From NCBI RefSeq assembly GCF_037042905.1, contig NC_087245.1, forward strand, positions 29,886,001 through 29,950,000: DNA of 64,000 nt. The letters run 5' to 3'. Of this stretch, positions 36,131 through 49,125 are shown piece by piece. The notes under the pieces are model-generated. The model had not been told where the DNA came from and did no database searches. It saw nothing but the letters and a program-made list of their open reading frames with translations. Position numbers and translations under genes: made by a program. The DNA comes from Lytechinus pictus (taxonomy: Eukaryota). How positions within the stretch are numbered: the first letter of the stretch is position 1; each line of letters starts with the position of its first letter.

Positions 36131-37466
36131 TAGGCCTGGGACGAATGTCATTTTTACCATTCGATTATTTCCTGAAAAAACAATCGAATAGTTCGATTAA
36201 TCGTCGGGAATCACGTCTTCTAAAATCGCAAATGTTGACCTCCTTATTAGTGACCAAAAATGCAGGAAAATCTACAACTCTCAATGCCACACTTACACAA
36301 CTGGACCTCACTGCATTGAACATCAGGAGTCTGTTTCTCACAAATGAAAGTATGACTATTTGTTCCCCCTATGACGATGTCAAAAGAAATTGCATGAAAG
36401 TTGATTGTAACTTTCAGTTTATTGTTTCAATTAAAAAATTTCCTGAATCAATGCTTTTATACACCCCCGCATAATAAATGAATCAGCCTAGCTCATGTTC
36501 ACAGCTCAGTCCAAAGTCCAATTACGTCTTTTTTGTCTCCAATTCACAGTAAACAATTCATTCACGCCTATTCTTGTGACAGATACACTTTTGTGGGGGA
36601 AAAATTAATCCCTTGCCTACTGCCATACCCAAGCTTGTTGCACTGCCCACGATGCTACATACTGTATTTAAAAACAAATTAATTGCAAAATATTATTCAA
36701 TTAAATAATTAAAACTCTAAGTGCCAAATTATTATTTTTTGGATAATATTTGAACCTATAACTGGGTCTGTATTTGGAGACTAGTGGAGACATGGAATGA
36801 ATAGGCAAGGTACGAGTTGGAATTTTATGTTTAGGTCTCTGGGGAAATTGGTGTGCCTGTGTATGGGGGGGGGGGTAATACAGATTGCTTTGCTTTGTTT
36901 TGAAACATGAAAGTCCCCGCATTCAATGATTCCAGCCCTACCTTTCTTCCCCCTACCACTCTCTCTCTCTCTCTCCTCACACACGCACACAGATTGGGAG
37001 GGGTTGATTATTTTTCTCCGAAGTCATGACCTTTTCTGATATTGGTCACCACGTGCTTGAAAGAAACTCCCATCAGTGGAGCGCGGGCCAATCACAAATC
37101 AGCAATTAGCTGTTCTGTGTGTTCTATTTTAAGGCGCACATGTACACTGTGTATCGAGGGGGAAGGCCGGATGGGATCAAATTCATTCGGAGCTCTTTGA
37201 AGTTGGTGTTTAACAGTGAATGCAATACTATACAATCATTGTTCATTTTTTGACAAATTGCCTCGGTAACATCATTTTCAAACGTATTAAGTATTTTATT
37301 ACAATTGTTATTTGTCATTTTTTTGTACTACTTGAGTATTCGAGTTATCCCAAATGTCTAATCGGGATCTGCCGATCAATCGATTAGTAAAAATTTGCTA
37401 ATCGATTGGCAATCGGCGGTAAGCCATTCGAACCATTCGATCAATCGATGTTTACTCCCAGGCCTA
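36131..37466. mobile_element. hAT-like non-autonomous element
   Basis: TIR TAGGCCTGGGA; 8-bp TSD CTGGACAG (36123-36130, 37467-37474); ATCGA/TTCGA subterminal repeats. Confidence 0.85.
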
Positions 37467-37499
37467 CTGGACAGGACTCAACAGTAACCCTACTCTCCT

Positions 37500-37800
37500 C
37501 AGTGTTCCCATATTGAGTAACTCCACTAGTTTTCAAGGAGAAATGGCAGCCATTGATTGCTGTTGATCAGGTCACATCTTGGAGACCATTTCCTTCACTG
37601 CCAAAGCGTCCACATCCCGACTGACTAGCACACTACGCTCCTCCTCACTTCCGGAGATCGTCTCAAATACCAGCAAGAACGTTTCCATTTTACATAGCAG
37701 AGGAAGTTATGTACGGTAATCATAACATGGATTGCAGGTCATGCTGAAATCCTTGGAATAGTAACTGCAGAAAGACTGGCAAAGGATGCTGGTGCCCGTT
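37500..37800 (+). pseudogene. Fossil RNase H domain of a non-LTR retrotransposon
   Basis: Manual translation gives STSFQGEMAAI and ITWIAGHAEILG..AERLAKDA with stops and frameshifts. Confidence 0.6.
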
Positions 37801-38109
37801 TCTCAACATCTGGAAAAGTTATATCTTTGTCCACCAACTATGGAGTTAGTTCTTATCTTACTAAACCTGTTTCACGAAAGGCTTCCTAACTAGAATCCCT
37901 TGATATCGATACTGTCGGCAGAAAGAGCAGATGAGACGTAGACTTAGTCACAAAATAGCATAATTTAAAAAAAGCAACATTATGATAAAACTGCTAATAT
38001 TTTGATGAATTGGGAAATACATCTAATCAAAATAATAGCAGAGGCAAAATATACATCATACATACTCAAACCGTGAAGACTGGAACATTCAATTGATGAG
38101 AAAATGAAA

Positions 38110-41100
38110 TTATTAATAATTATTATTATTATTATTATTATTATTATTTATTCAGCAATTCACACAAAATATAACAATGTAAATATGAGTACACAAACAA
38201 TTATAAATGCAAAATCTTCCTGGCGGTCCTCTGAATGCATCAGTTGGCTGCCGGGGAAGAGGAAAGCAAACTTAATCACTGTAACCGTAATGGTCCCTCT
38301 TCCCGACCAACTGGTGCACATAGAAGACCTGTAAGATATAGCATGAAGGTAAATAAAATGTAAAATGTAAAACATTTCATAAACTAAACAACTAACAAAA
38401 ACAAAGTACAAAGAGAACATGAAACTAATATGTATGATGACACTAGGTCATGACACGATACTGAGCTTAAACATGAGGAATTAATTCTGGCTTAAAAACT
38501 ATTGCATAAAATGTAAAGTAAGCAAACTGAAACGATGAAGTCTAAAACTGAGAAAAAAGAAGAAAAAAAAAATGAGAACATGTAGTAGCAAGCTGACAAG
38601 AATGTCTAAAATTATATATGTTGACCGGTATATAGAAGTTAAGAAAACATGGTAAAAGAAGTGAATAGGTACATAGGCTTAGTGGGCTTCAGGCGATTAA
38701 GGAAACTAGGAAAACACATTAAAGAACGAGTACTTCATATATTAAATTGTATACACAATTATAATAAAGAAGCTGCGATGGAACTGTCCAGAAGATGTTT
38801 AAATAATGGCAGGAAAAAGAGGGGAAAAAAGCAAAAGAAAAAAGACTCCAGAGACATAAAAGCAGTATAATCAAAATTATAGTTTCGGCTCAAGAATGTC
38901 AAAAAAAAGTAGACGAATGAATGATTCCAAATCATACCGTAATTATTAAATTAACCTATCGTAAATTAAACAAAGACTTCAAAAGATAAAGTTAATTGAA
39001 GAAGATATGACTTTTCAGCCTGTATTGCCAGGTCTGAAATTTAGAGAGTACAAAGTCAATGCGCAAGTCCCGAGGTAGTTCGTCCCACAGTCTAGGAAAA
39101 ATGTAAATGGCGGAATCACTTAAACGTTTCGTACGAGCCATCAGGTGATGGAACCTGATATCCTCTTGTCTCCTTTCTATAACTCTGATTTTCAAAGAAA
39201 TATCACTGCTCTCAACAATTGTTGTAGAGAGCTTTAGCCACGAAGTTAATGAGCAAATATTTCCTACGGGATTCTAGTGAGACCCAATTAAGGAGTCTTA
39301 GACGCTCAGGATAGGGCATCTGCTGCCTGCGCTGTTTCAGGATGATACGAGTGGCTCTTCTTTGAATACTCTCAAGCCTGTCACCGAGATTCCTGTTGGT
39401 GGGGTTCTACGCAGGTAAGCAGGTAATTTGTAAAGTGCCAGGAGAGCTGAAGTTGCTAAACCCGATGACATGGAGGTGATCAATCCCAGCAATCTATTGG
39501 CTTTGCGGGTAATGTAATCAACGTGATCATCCCAAGACAGCTTGGTATTGATTATCACCCCGAGATATTTTGCTTGTAAGACTGGCTCAATGAGAGCTCC
39601 ATTCAAATGATATACTGGTTCGGCGACGTTTTTCCTTAAACATGAAATTCGCATCACTTTCGTTTTGCTCACATTTAGCTTCATTCCATTGGAAACACAC
39701 CACTGCGAAACCCTGTCAAGATCACGTTGTAATATTGCAGAGTCCGTGATATCACGTACAGGTCGGTAGATGATTGTGTCGTCCGCAAACAATGCACAAG
39801 GTGATTCCAAGCTATTAGGTACATCGTTGATGAACAAATTGAACAACAGCGGACCTAAGACACTCCCTTGAGGAACCCCAGACAGGACAGAAGCCCACTC
39901 CGAGAAGGAACCTTTGTATAGGACACGGTGGCGTCGTCCGCATAGAAAGGATTTCATCCATGCCCAGAGGTTACCGCCAATATTGAACATTTCTGAAAGC
40001 TTACAAAGCAGGACGTCGTGGGGCATCTTGTCAAATGCACGAGAAAAGTCTAAGTAGACTACATCGACAGGACATGAACGCCGACCCTCCAGGCAGGTAA
40101 GCCACTCATTCGTAAGATGTAATAATTGGGTTACACAGGATTTACGCTTTCTAAATCCATGCTGAACGCTGGTGATTGGGCAGTTAGTACTGAGATGGTT
40201 TTCAATTGCGCTCACTACAATAGATTCCATCATCTTACTGGCAACTGAGGTAAGCGCAACAGGCCGATAATTAGAGGGATCTGACCTGTCACCAGATTTA
40301 AAAACTGGACAGACATTCGCTACCTTCCATGATCCCGGAACTTTGCCTGCCGACAGTGACAATGAGAGAATACGCTGAAATATATGTGAAGACACCGCGG
40401 CGGTTCGCTTTAACAGGACAGGGGACAAACCATCCACGCCAGGGGCCTTATTCTCTTGAAGTGAGTCCATGAGTCGAAAGATATCACTGGTCGAAATGTC
40501 AAATGACTGCAAGCATTCGATCGGAAATTCACATGTCGGTGGAATAGCTGGCACACATCTTTCCTCCGAAAAGGATGATTGAAAACAGCTGAGGAACTTA
40601 CTTGCGATGTCGTGGGGTCTACTGAAGACTTCATCATTAACAACAAGAACTGGCGGAGGAGCGTTCCTTTTATGCTCTCGGATGAACGCGAAAAACCGCT
40701 TCTTATTATCGGGAAGAGAGAAAAGGTCATTGACATAGAGACTGTATGAGGATCTGATGGCATATTTTGTCTTGTTCCAAATATTCTTGAAGGACAGCCA
40801 ATCCTCTGCTATCTTTGACCTTGTAGCTTTCCTGAAGAGTTTGCCCTTCAATGAAATCATGGCTTTGATTTCCCTGGAAATCCAGGGCTTCCATCTCCTG
40901 GATCTCTTGGTTACTCGGGGGATGGCATCCTTAGCTGCAGCCTCGAAGATGTCTAAGAATCCTTCCCAAGATGCATCAACATCATTGGTATCAATAAAGA
41001 GTGACCAAGGAACCAACTAAAGCAAGCGGTTTAGATGATCGAAGTCACCTCGTTGATAAAGCATAAAGTTACGAAGAACATCTCTGGTTGTGAACGACTT

Positions 41101-42520
41101 ATTATTCACGATCCGAAAATGAACGGCGAAATGGTCACTAGGTGTTGGATTAGGACACACACGTGTCTCAGCGAACAGATCACGACGATTGGTGAACAAG
41201 TGATCAATCAACGTTCCTCTGGTCGCATCCTGAGGCGAAGGCCTCGTCACTGTATCAACTAGCTGTGTCAGGTCCATAGTGCTAAGCATAGTCAACAGCT
41301 GAGTTGCATCAGTCGAGTTGATGTCTAGCAAGTCAACGTTCAAGTCACCCGTCAGTATCACACCAGCATAATCACCCACGTATCGTTGTGTGTCATCGAT
41401 GAACTCCTGGAGAAAGTCCCAATACTGGACATTAGCATTAGGTGGGCGATAGATGGTAATGAGAAGCCATTTTGACTTACGCATCACAATCTCAACACAT
41501 GTCATCTCTAGGCAGGGGTGTTCCAATGCAACGAGACGTCGGGGACACAACTTTGCATGAATAACTGTAAGGACCCCACCTCCACCCTTTTCATGGCTCT
41601 CTTGAATGTCCTGCCGGTCACGTCGAAACAGAACATAGTCATGGGGAAATCCGAGCTCAGTAGAATCACAGGATTCATTTAACCAACTCTCACATATGCA
41701 TAAAATATCAGTGGGATTACAACTGAGGTGCGCTATCAAGTCTGGCATTTTATGTCTTATGGAGCGTGCATTGAATACAGTCCCAGATATAGTTGAGACA
41801 GATCGACTAGAAGAACGTGAGTTTTCATTGCTAGGACTATGAAGCACAGACGGGCCCGGGCTCGGACATATATCTCCGGCTCTAAGCAAGAGTTGGTATG
41901 ACGCTGTACAGTTGGGATAGTAGTAGATGTTAGATCCGCTACACTTGGGGCGCTGGGTTGGGGCGGCATATACATCACTACTTAAAATGCTCAAGTCACA
42001 TTGTACGAGACAATCCTGCTTTTGGAGCAGGATAATAACAACAAACAGACAACTGACTACCTTCATTGTTGATCGAGAAAAGCTCCTTCTTTGTGTAGTG
42101 CAGGGTCCTATTGGCAATTCCATTGTCAAGGGTGACCATTTAGGCAAATCCAAACAAAAGAAAAAGGACAATAATAGCCCCAATAGAGAAGACCTTTGCA
42201 GCTAGCATTAGTGAGTCCAGCAAGAGAAAGAGCGCTAAGGTAGAGAAGCATCAAGCCAGAGCTATGGCTAGACGAGGCAGGATCTCCTGTACCAGCAAAC
42301 TTTCCACACTGGGGTCACGGTCAGTCATATTTCAGAACCTAGAATCACTATTTTCTGAAGCAAGAGGATGGAATCCACAAGTCAAACAGGTCCAATGTGA
42401 TCACAGGACACATACAAATAGGTTGACAAACATTCCAAGCACAACTTTAACAAGAAAACAGAAATTTAACAACAAAAATAGGAGCACTCATGAGAGGTAG
42501 TTTTCTCCATCTTTGATGTC
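38110..42520 (-). mobile_element. Near full-length single-ORF CR1/L2-group LINE in MSH6 intron 1
   Basis: APE motifs FNARS, ESWL, GDLN, SDH; RT motifs YRPVAL, QHGFR, YLDFSRAFD, GVPQGSVLGP, FADDT; long AT-rich 3' UTR ending in (AAT)n; 5' end AAGATGG near 42515. Confidence 0.93.
38992..42183 (-). pseudogene. LINE polyprotein: hydrophobic leader, 2A-like peptide, APE, RT; one in-frame TAG and C-terminal frameshifts
   Basis: ORFs 41017-42183 and 39337-41016 are in frame across a TAG at 41017-41019; tail PRLWDELP in ORF 38992-39195. Confidence 0.9.
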
Positions 42521-43430
42521 CGTCATCACATATGGACCTTGAGATGGGTACCCTTGGGATATCTAATTTTAATAGTTTTATGGAAGTAAACCATATAAAG
42601 GTTCTCTTTGTAAAATGATGAGAATTATAGCCTACACTTTTTTATGATTCCAAACATCAAGATATAGTGCAAAATAATTTTTTTCTATATCTTTAGATAC
42701 CGAAACATGTCTACCATTTGACAAATTCTATGCATAAATTAGAGATATTATTTGTCAAAATGTTGACAAGGGTCTGAAAACAATGAATACGAGTCCAGTT
42801 ATGGATGGCCTGAAATGGCAGAATATTTTAATATCGATCCAATTATTTTATTATTTCAAAGTAAATGGTTTTGTAGCATTTTATCAAGTTTTTCTCGTTT
42901 CTGTGTATTACAAGACTATTATTGAATGATCTATTCCACTTGTTTTGCAATGTAATTTCAACTTCTATGATTGATTATGTAAGCTTATAATTTTTAAATT
43001 TTGAGGCACTGTTAAATGTCATTGTCTACCCACGTGATGCCACTATGTCATTACGAAAGAATCATAAATATTTAGTCAGGTTGTTGTCCCAGATCTTGGC
43101 AAAGAGGGCTTCGTGAAATGGGTAGCGGACAGGTTGCTCACTTTCTCCGATTTAGTCAAGAACTTAGACTTATGACGGTGTTGAGAAACGGGCCCCTGCT
43201 CTCCATGCATTTAATGCTCCTCCCTCTACATCTACTTCTTCCGCCAGAATCACTAAGACCATCCAGAAGAACACTGATACTGTGGCAACGGCGATGGAAC
43301 AGAGCACTCCCTCGTGTATGCCCTAAATCCCACATGCAACTGTGAACATGATCTAGGCAGACACTTGAACATGTCCTCCTTCACTGCCCACTTCACAACT
43401 TGTATCTTAGAGAAGAGATGATGTAATCGA

Positions 43431-43668
43431 TTGGGTGATTTCAAGTCCGGTGTTGGCGTTGGTGTTGGAAGCACAATATGGATTGCTTCCCCTAGCTCTA
43501 AAACGTATTCTGAGTTTGTAAAACTGATCCAGATCACATTATTGACATCTCCACATCTAGTGAGTGACATTTCAGGACCATTTTCGTTTTATATTTGGTT
43601 TTATACTCGTGTAAAAATTGACCTAACACCAACACCAAAAGGTCAACACTGAAATTGAAATCACCCAA
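43431..43668. mobile_element. MITE
   Basis: TIR TTGGGTGATTT(T)CAA / TTGAAATCACCCAA; GGTGTT/AACACC subrepeats. Confidence 0.65.
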
Positions 43669-44926
43669 TGACATAGGATATCAGGGGACAAACACCTCTT
43701 CCTGTCTTCGTGATATGTCTCTCTTTTCTCTTCTTGGCACTAACCCCAAATTATCCCCCCAAATGCAATCTTTAACATCATCATCTTCAGTTCGCTTCAT
43801 CACAAGCACCAATGTCGACTTTTAACACCAGTACCTAGTCCTAGCAGCTCATCAACCTTGTGACAGACCCACTGAGAGTATACCTAGGAAATCATTTGGG
43901 TGTGTAAATGACCCACTCTGAACTACAACAACAACAGCATCTCATAGTAAACGCATGGGGAAATGGCAATCTCATCATACATAAAAATAAGGGTTTGCAA
44001 TTTATCTCTTGATCCTGATTTCTAATGATCCTCTAAACTTGCCCTTAGCATCAAAAGAAGCACCTCCATAGTTTCTTTCCATACATCTTAAACATGAGTT
44101 GAAAATCAATTCTGATCACAAGTTTTCTGCAGGCTGAATTTTCTCCCCGAATTGTGCCACCCCCCCCAATCAGCCTGTTTTATGCTGACACTTTTCAGTG
44201 TGGCTTCAGACACCCTACATTAGATTAGAAATCTAATGTAATGTTTTTTGTTACGGAAATAGATTCTTAGACTAGTAATGTGCCATGTGGTGAAAGAAAA
44301 AAATCAATGAGCTCAACTACATTGGCTAAATTATAAAATTAATTTGTTTGTTTGATTTAATGCAAAAGTTTTACTTTAAATAAAGACTTTTTTTTGTATG
44401 TTTCATTGATTCAAAACAGCATGGAGAGGGTGATTGCCGAAGGCAAGTGGTCATACCATAATTTCCTGAGACATGCTCCAAGACATTATCAAATCACTGA
44501 GATTATGTGTTTTGACTGTGTTAATGTTATATATGATCTTGTGTGCTTTAGAACTTATGAAATTAAGCATGACTTTTTCTTTAAGTTTAGTACTGTACAG
44601 TCATCTTCTGCCTCTGGTGTATTCTCGTACTTTTGGCAGATGTTGAACTTGTGCAGGTTAAGAGAAATGCATTGGCTATGTACAGCGCAGCAGAAAAACA
44701 AGTGTGTCATGACCTACATGTAGGAGAATTTGGTTTCTTGTATCACTTGCTTGAATTGGGGTTACTGTTAGACATTTTATGGCATCTTTGGACAGCCATT
44801 TCCACATCCTTATACTAAAGTTATAGTGTCTTGGGAGAATTCTTTCAGGTCTGGGCCAGGCCAGGCAAGATAGCTGGTGCCCTAGACCCATAGATCTGCA
44901 TCCATCCTACCCAAGATAAATTTTAA

Positions 44927-45850
44927 GGACGCTCCATAGTTAAGTATATTTTGCGCTATGCGCTTTGACGTCACAAAGGATGAATATGTTATTAATCAGC
45001 TATAGGTATGAGTGGATTTTTCCCTTGATCTGCATTCTAATGATATATAAGATGTGTAATTTTATGAAGCTAATTAGCTGAACTATCCATGGAACCATTT
45101 TTTGAAAACCTCTACAATTTCAGAATACTTTACTCTGCATTCATGCAAAGTATGACGAATATGACCTCGAGTTTGAATAGACGGTAGAGCAACTTGAGAT
45201 ACTTCCTCGCATAGATACAAAGGATTTTGGACAATTTTGGTGTTTTAAAAAGATCATTTCCTCCAACAAAAGTGCTGATAGTTTTAAAACGAGCACATGA
45301 ACCCCTATTATTTAATGTTTAGGCCCATACCTTTTATTAAAACTATACCTTTCTCTACAACTTTGCAAATTTTGGTGAAAATGACATGGGTTTTGAAAAA
45401 AATGCAGCATTTATTGTACTTTGCAAATTTGGTACAGAAATTTACAATGTTTGAGATAGGTTTTTGTGTCTTTTTTGCAACATTTTAAAGAACTTAAGGT
45501 GCTGCTAGCCTTAAAAGGGCAATCGAATAGCAATATGAATGGATTTTCCATCTTAACTATACAGTTCTGAATTATATTGTGAAATTTTATGAAATTTACA
45601 TAGATTTTGATTGAGTAATATCTGTTTAAACTTAACATAGTGATCCCATTAAGTCTAAAAATGTCCAAACATTGTGAATGCGCATTTCTCAAGAACTTCA
45701 AATTGGGTGAACTTCAAAGCTCGATAGCAAAAGATCAAGCACATGTACCCATGTTTTTTTTGCATATTTGGCATATTTAGGCGCTGAAGTACATGTACCT
45801 CTGCAAAATTTGGTGAAAATGACATGGATTTCATTTTAACTGGAATGTCC
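44927..45850. mobile_element. TTAA-flanked non-autonomous element (Kolobok-like)
   Basis: TTAA at 44923-44926 and 45851-45854; imperfect TIR GGACGCTCCATAGTTAA / TTAACTGGAATGTCC. Confidence 0.6.
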
Positions 45851-45939
45851 TTAAAAATATCCTATTGATACTCTGCAACATTCTTTATCCCTTTTGATTA
45901 ACCCCAACCTTTCTAATTTGCTCTCTATTCCATGTTTAG

Positions 45940-46123
45940 ATGGACACCAGACGTTTACCCCTGGAGATCTGGTCTGGGCCAGACTGGAAGGATATCCCTG
46001 GTGGCCCAGCCTTGTTTGCAACCACCCCACCCTCCAGAAATGCACCAAGAAGGATGGCAAGCGAGGGCTCGTCCATGTCCAGTTCTTTGATGACCCACCT
46101 AGTCGTGCCTGGATCAGTGACAA
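45940..46123 (+). CDS. MSH6: MSH6 exon 2, PWWP domain N-part
   Basis: PGDLVWARLEGYPWWPSLVCNHP...VHVQFFDDPPSRAW; TAG acceptor, GTATGT donor. Confidence 0.97.
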
Positions 46124-49100
46124 GTATGTAGAAAACTATCTTCCATCTTGCTCATGATATATTCTTGATTCGCTGTTAAAGTGAGATTTTGAGTGAATTA
46201 GATATATAAATTCTGAAGTACGGTAAATGTAAGGTTTTGGTTTTTTGTGAAAATTTATTTTGTTTTGTTTATCCCTTAGTAACTTGAATAAATAAACAAA
46301 TTGAATGTATGATTTTTTTTTACCCTTTGCCAGCTCAGGCAGATGGTGTGCAGGGCATGGCATCTAGAAACTTCTTTATTTGGGAATCCACCCTTACATG
46401 AAATTGTTGTTTACTAAAGCACATAGTAAAAAAAACATATCGTTATTCTGTTAAAGAATGTCCTGGATGCATATCCTTTGTCAATATATGATTTATCAAT
46501 GAACAGGTGATTTATAAAAAAATATCTCATCCCAAGCAGAAACCTCTCTTCTCTCTAAAGGGCTCAAGTTTTGCCCCACGCCACCAGCAGTTGACCAGAT
46601 AGCTCTCAGCCAAGACCTCTCTACATTCTATCGCAGGATACGTCTCAAAGAGTTCTCTTTAGATGTACCCCCTTCTGATCCCGAGCCCTTCTACAAGAAA
46701 AGCACATGGACTCCACCCAAGAATAGAGTTCCTTCCCTTGAAACTTACATTCAAGCTGTCTCATCCCAAGTTCGCTCCACAGATACCCTCGACAGCAGAG
46801 CACATGACAACCTTCCTCGAGAAGAACGCCAGGCTCTCTCATCACTCAAAAACAGGTCCGACATCATCATCAAGCCTGCAGACAAAGGATCAGCCGTCGT
46901 CGTTATGGACCGCGAGCAGTACATCGATGAAGCCATGAAACATCTCAATAATCGATCTCACTATGCACTCCTCGATTCTGACCCCACTTGTAATTTCTCC
47001 CTACAGATCCAATCGACACTGAATGACATGAAAGAACACAAGCATCTCTCTGAGAAGGCCCACAAATTTCTTTCCCCTACTAATGTTAAACCTGCCCGCT
47101 TCTATCTCTTCCCCAAGATCCACAAACCTGGCAACCCCGGTCGACCCATCCTCTCAGGAAATGGTTCCCCAACAGAGAACATCTCTTTGTTGATTACCAC
47201 ATTAAACCCCATGTCTCACGTGCACCCTCTTACATCCACGACACTCTAGACTTTCTCAGGAAACTAAACGACATCAAGGACCAGATACCCGAGACTGCGA
47301 TCATCGGCACTTTCGATGTTTCTTCACTGTACACCAACATTCCCCATGATGAAGGTATCTAAGCATCATGTGAAGCCTTGGCCGCCAGTGGCCATTCCAG
47401 TCCCCCCATATCCGATATCAAATCTCTGATGTTTCATGTACTAACGAAAAACAACTTCACATTCATGGGCAAGCACTATCTACAGATATTTGGTACAGCA
47501 ATGGGCACTCGGATGGCTCCTTCATTCGCCTGTCTCTTCATGACCAAGCTGGAACAGCAGATGTTAGATTCAGCCCCCTGTCGCCCATGGATTTGGTGGC
47601 GTTACATATACGACATTTTCTTCATCTGGACCAGGGAGGAAGATAGCCTCCATACATTAATTGACCACATCAATTCCTTCCACAGGACCATCAAATTCAC
47701 TTCTGATTTCTCCGAACAGGAAACCCACTTCCTTGATGTCACAGTCCAGAAAAAGCCTCATGGTATTACCACTACCCTGTACACTAAACCCACAGATACC
47801 CACCAGTACCTGCACTCATCCAGCTGCCACCCCCATCACTGCAAAACTGGCATCGCTTTCAGTCAAGCCCTCAGACTTCGCCGCATCTGCTCCGAGGACC
47901 CTGATTTTTCCCTCCATGCCAGGAATTTGAAGAGACATCTCTGTGCCAGGGGCCACGGTGCCAGGGCAGTCCAACTGGCAATTAACAAAGTTCGTTCTCT
48001 CCCCAGATCTGAAGTTCTCAAACCACAAAGTGACAAGGAGACTACTGACAGAATACCGCTTGTGACCGCCTTCCATCCCAATCTACCCCCTCTCCGTCAA
48101 ATCCTGTGTGATAACCACCACATTTTACACACTTCTGATCGTCTCCAACAGGCCGTTCCCGATACTCCTCTCCTAGCGTACTGACGCCCACCCAATCTCA
48201 GGGACCTCATTGTTCGTGCTGAAGTGCCCCCCCTCACTAACCACTCTTCTCCCATACAGCATGGCACCTTCAAATGTACCAGCAACAGGTGCATCATATG
48301 TGAAATACACATTCACGAGGGCGACACTTTCACCAGCAACTCTACCAGCCTTTCTCACCAAACTATCCAATCTCCCGTTCTCCCGACCCCATGCCAAAAT
48401 CTCCCGGATAATTGGGATTTTTAGCTGTTAAATTGTAAAATTCATACAAACGACTGTTTTACGAGTCTAGCATGTTCAACTCCCTTTACACCCACGTGGA
48501 ACCTCCTTATCACATTTTCATTTTACCCAGTAACTTTTACCAGTTTTTGTATAATTGCACAATGATTTCCAATGTAAATGAAGATAATTTTACTGTACAA
48601 CTGGTGAATTAGTCTAACAAACCATTTTTTAATGGTTCTGCAATGTGTGTGATGGAAACGCTTCAGCGGCACTCCAGGGACATGCACCCCGGCGCGGCCC
48701 TGCCTGGTCTCCAGCCGGCCGCGCCGCGCCAGGAGGCTATGAGAAGGGAAGGCCACGAGCACTGCGAGGCATATTTCGGAAGCTTGTGTGCGCTTTATGG
48801 ATTTACAAGTGGATAACTATTATAATTACACCCCGACTTTCAGGAATAATTTTATTGACAATCCTGCCTTCCATCCCAATCTACCCCCTCTCCGTCAAAT
48901 CCTGTGTGATAACCACCACATTTTACACACTTCTGATCGTCTCCAACAGGCCGTTCCCGATACTCCTCTCCTAGCGTACCGACGCCCACCCAATCTCAGG
49001 GACCTCATTGGTCGTGCTGAAGTGCCCTCCCTCACTAACCACTCTTCTCCCATACAGCATGGCACCTTCAAATGTACCAGCAACAGGTGCATCATATGTG

Positions 49101-49125
49101 AGATACACAGTCACGAGGGCGACAC

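Noticed and set aside
47661..48431. Overlapping alternative-frame and antisense ORFs in the Penelope and LINE regions
   Set aside because: Shadow ORFs of the retroelement coding frames with no recognisable motifs.
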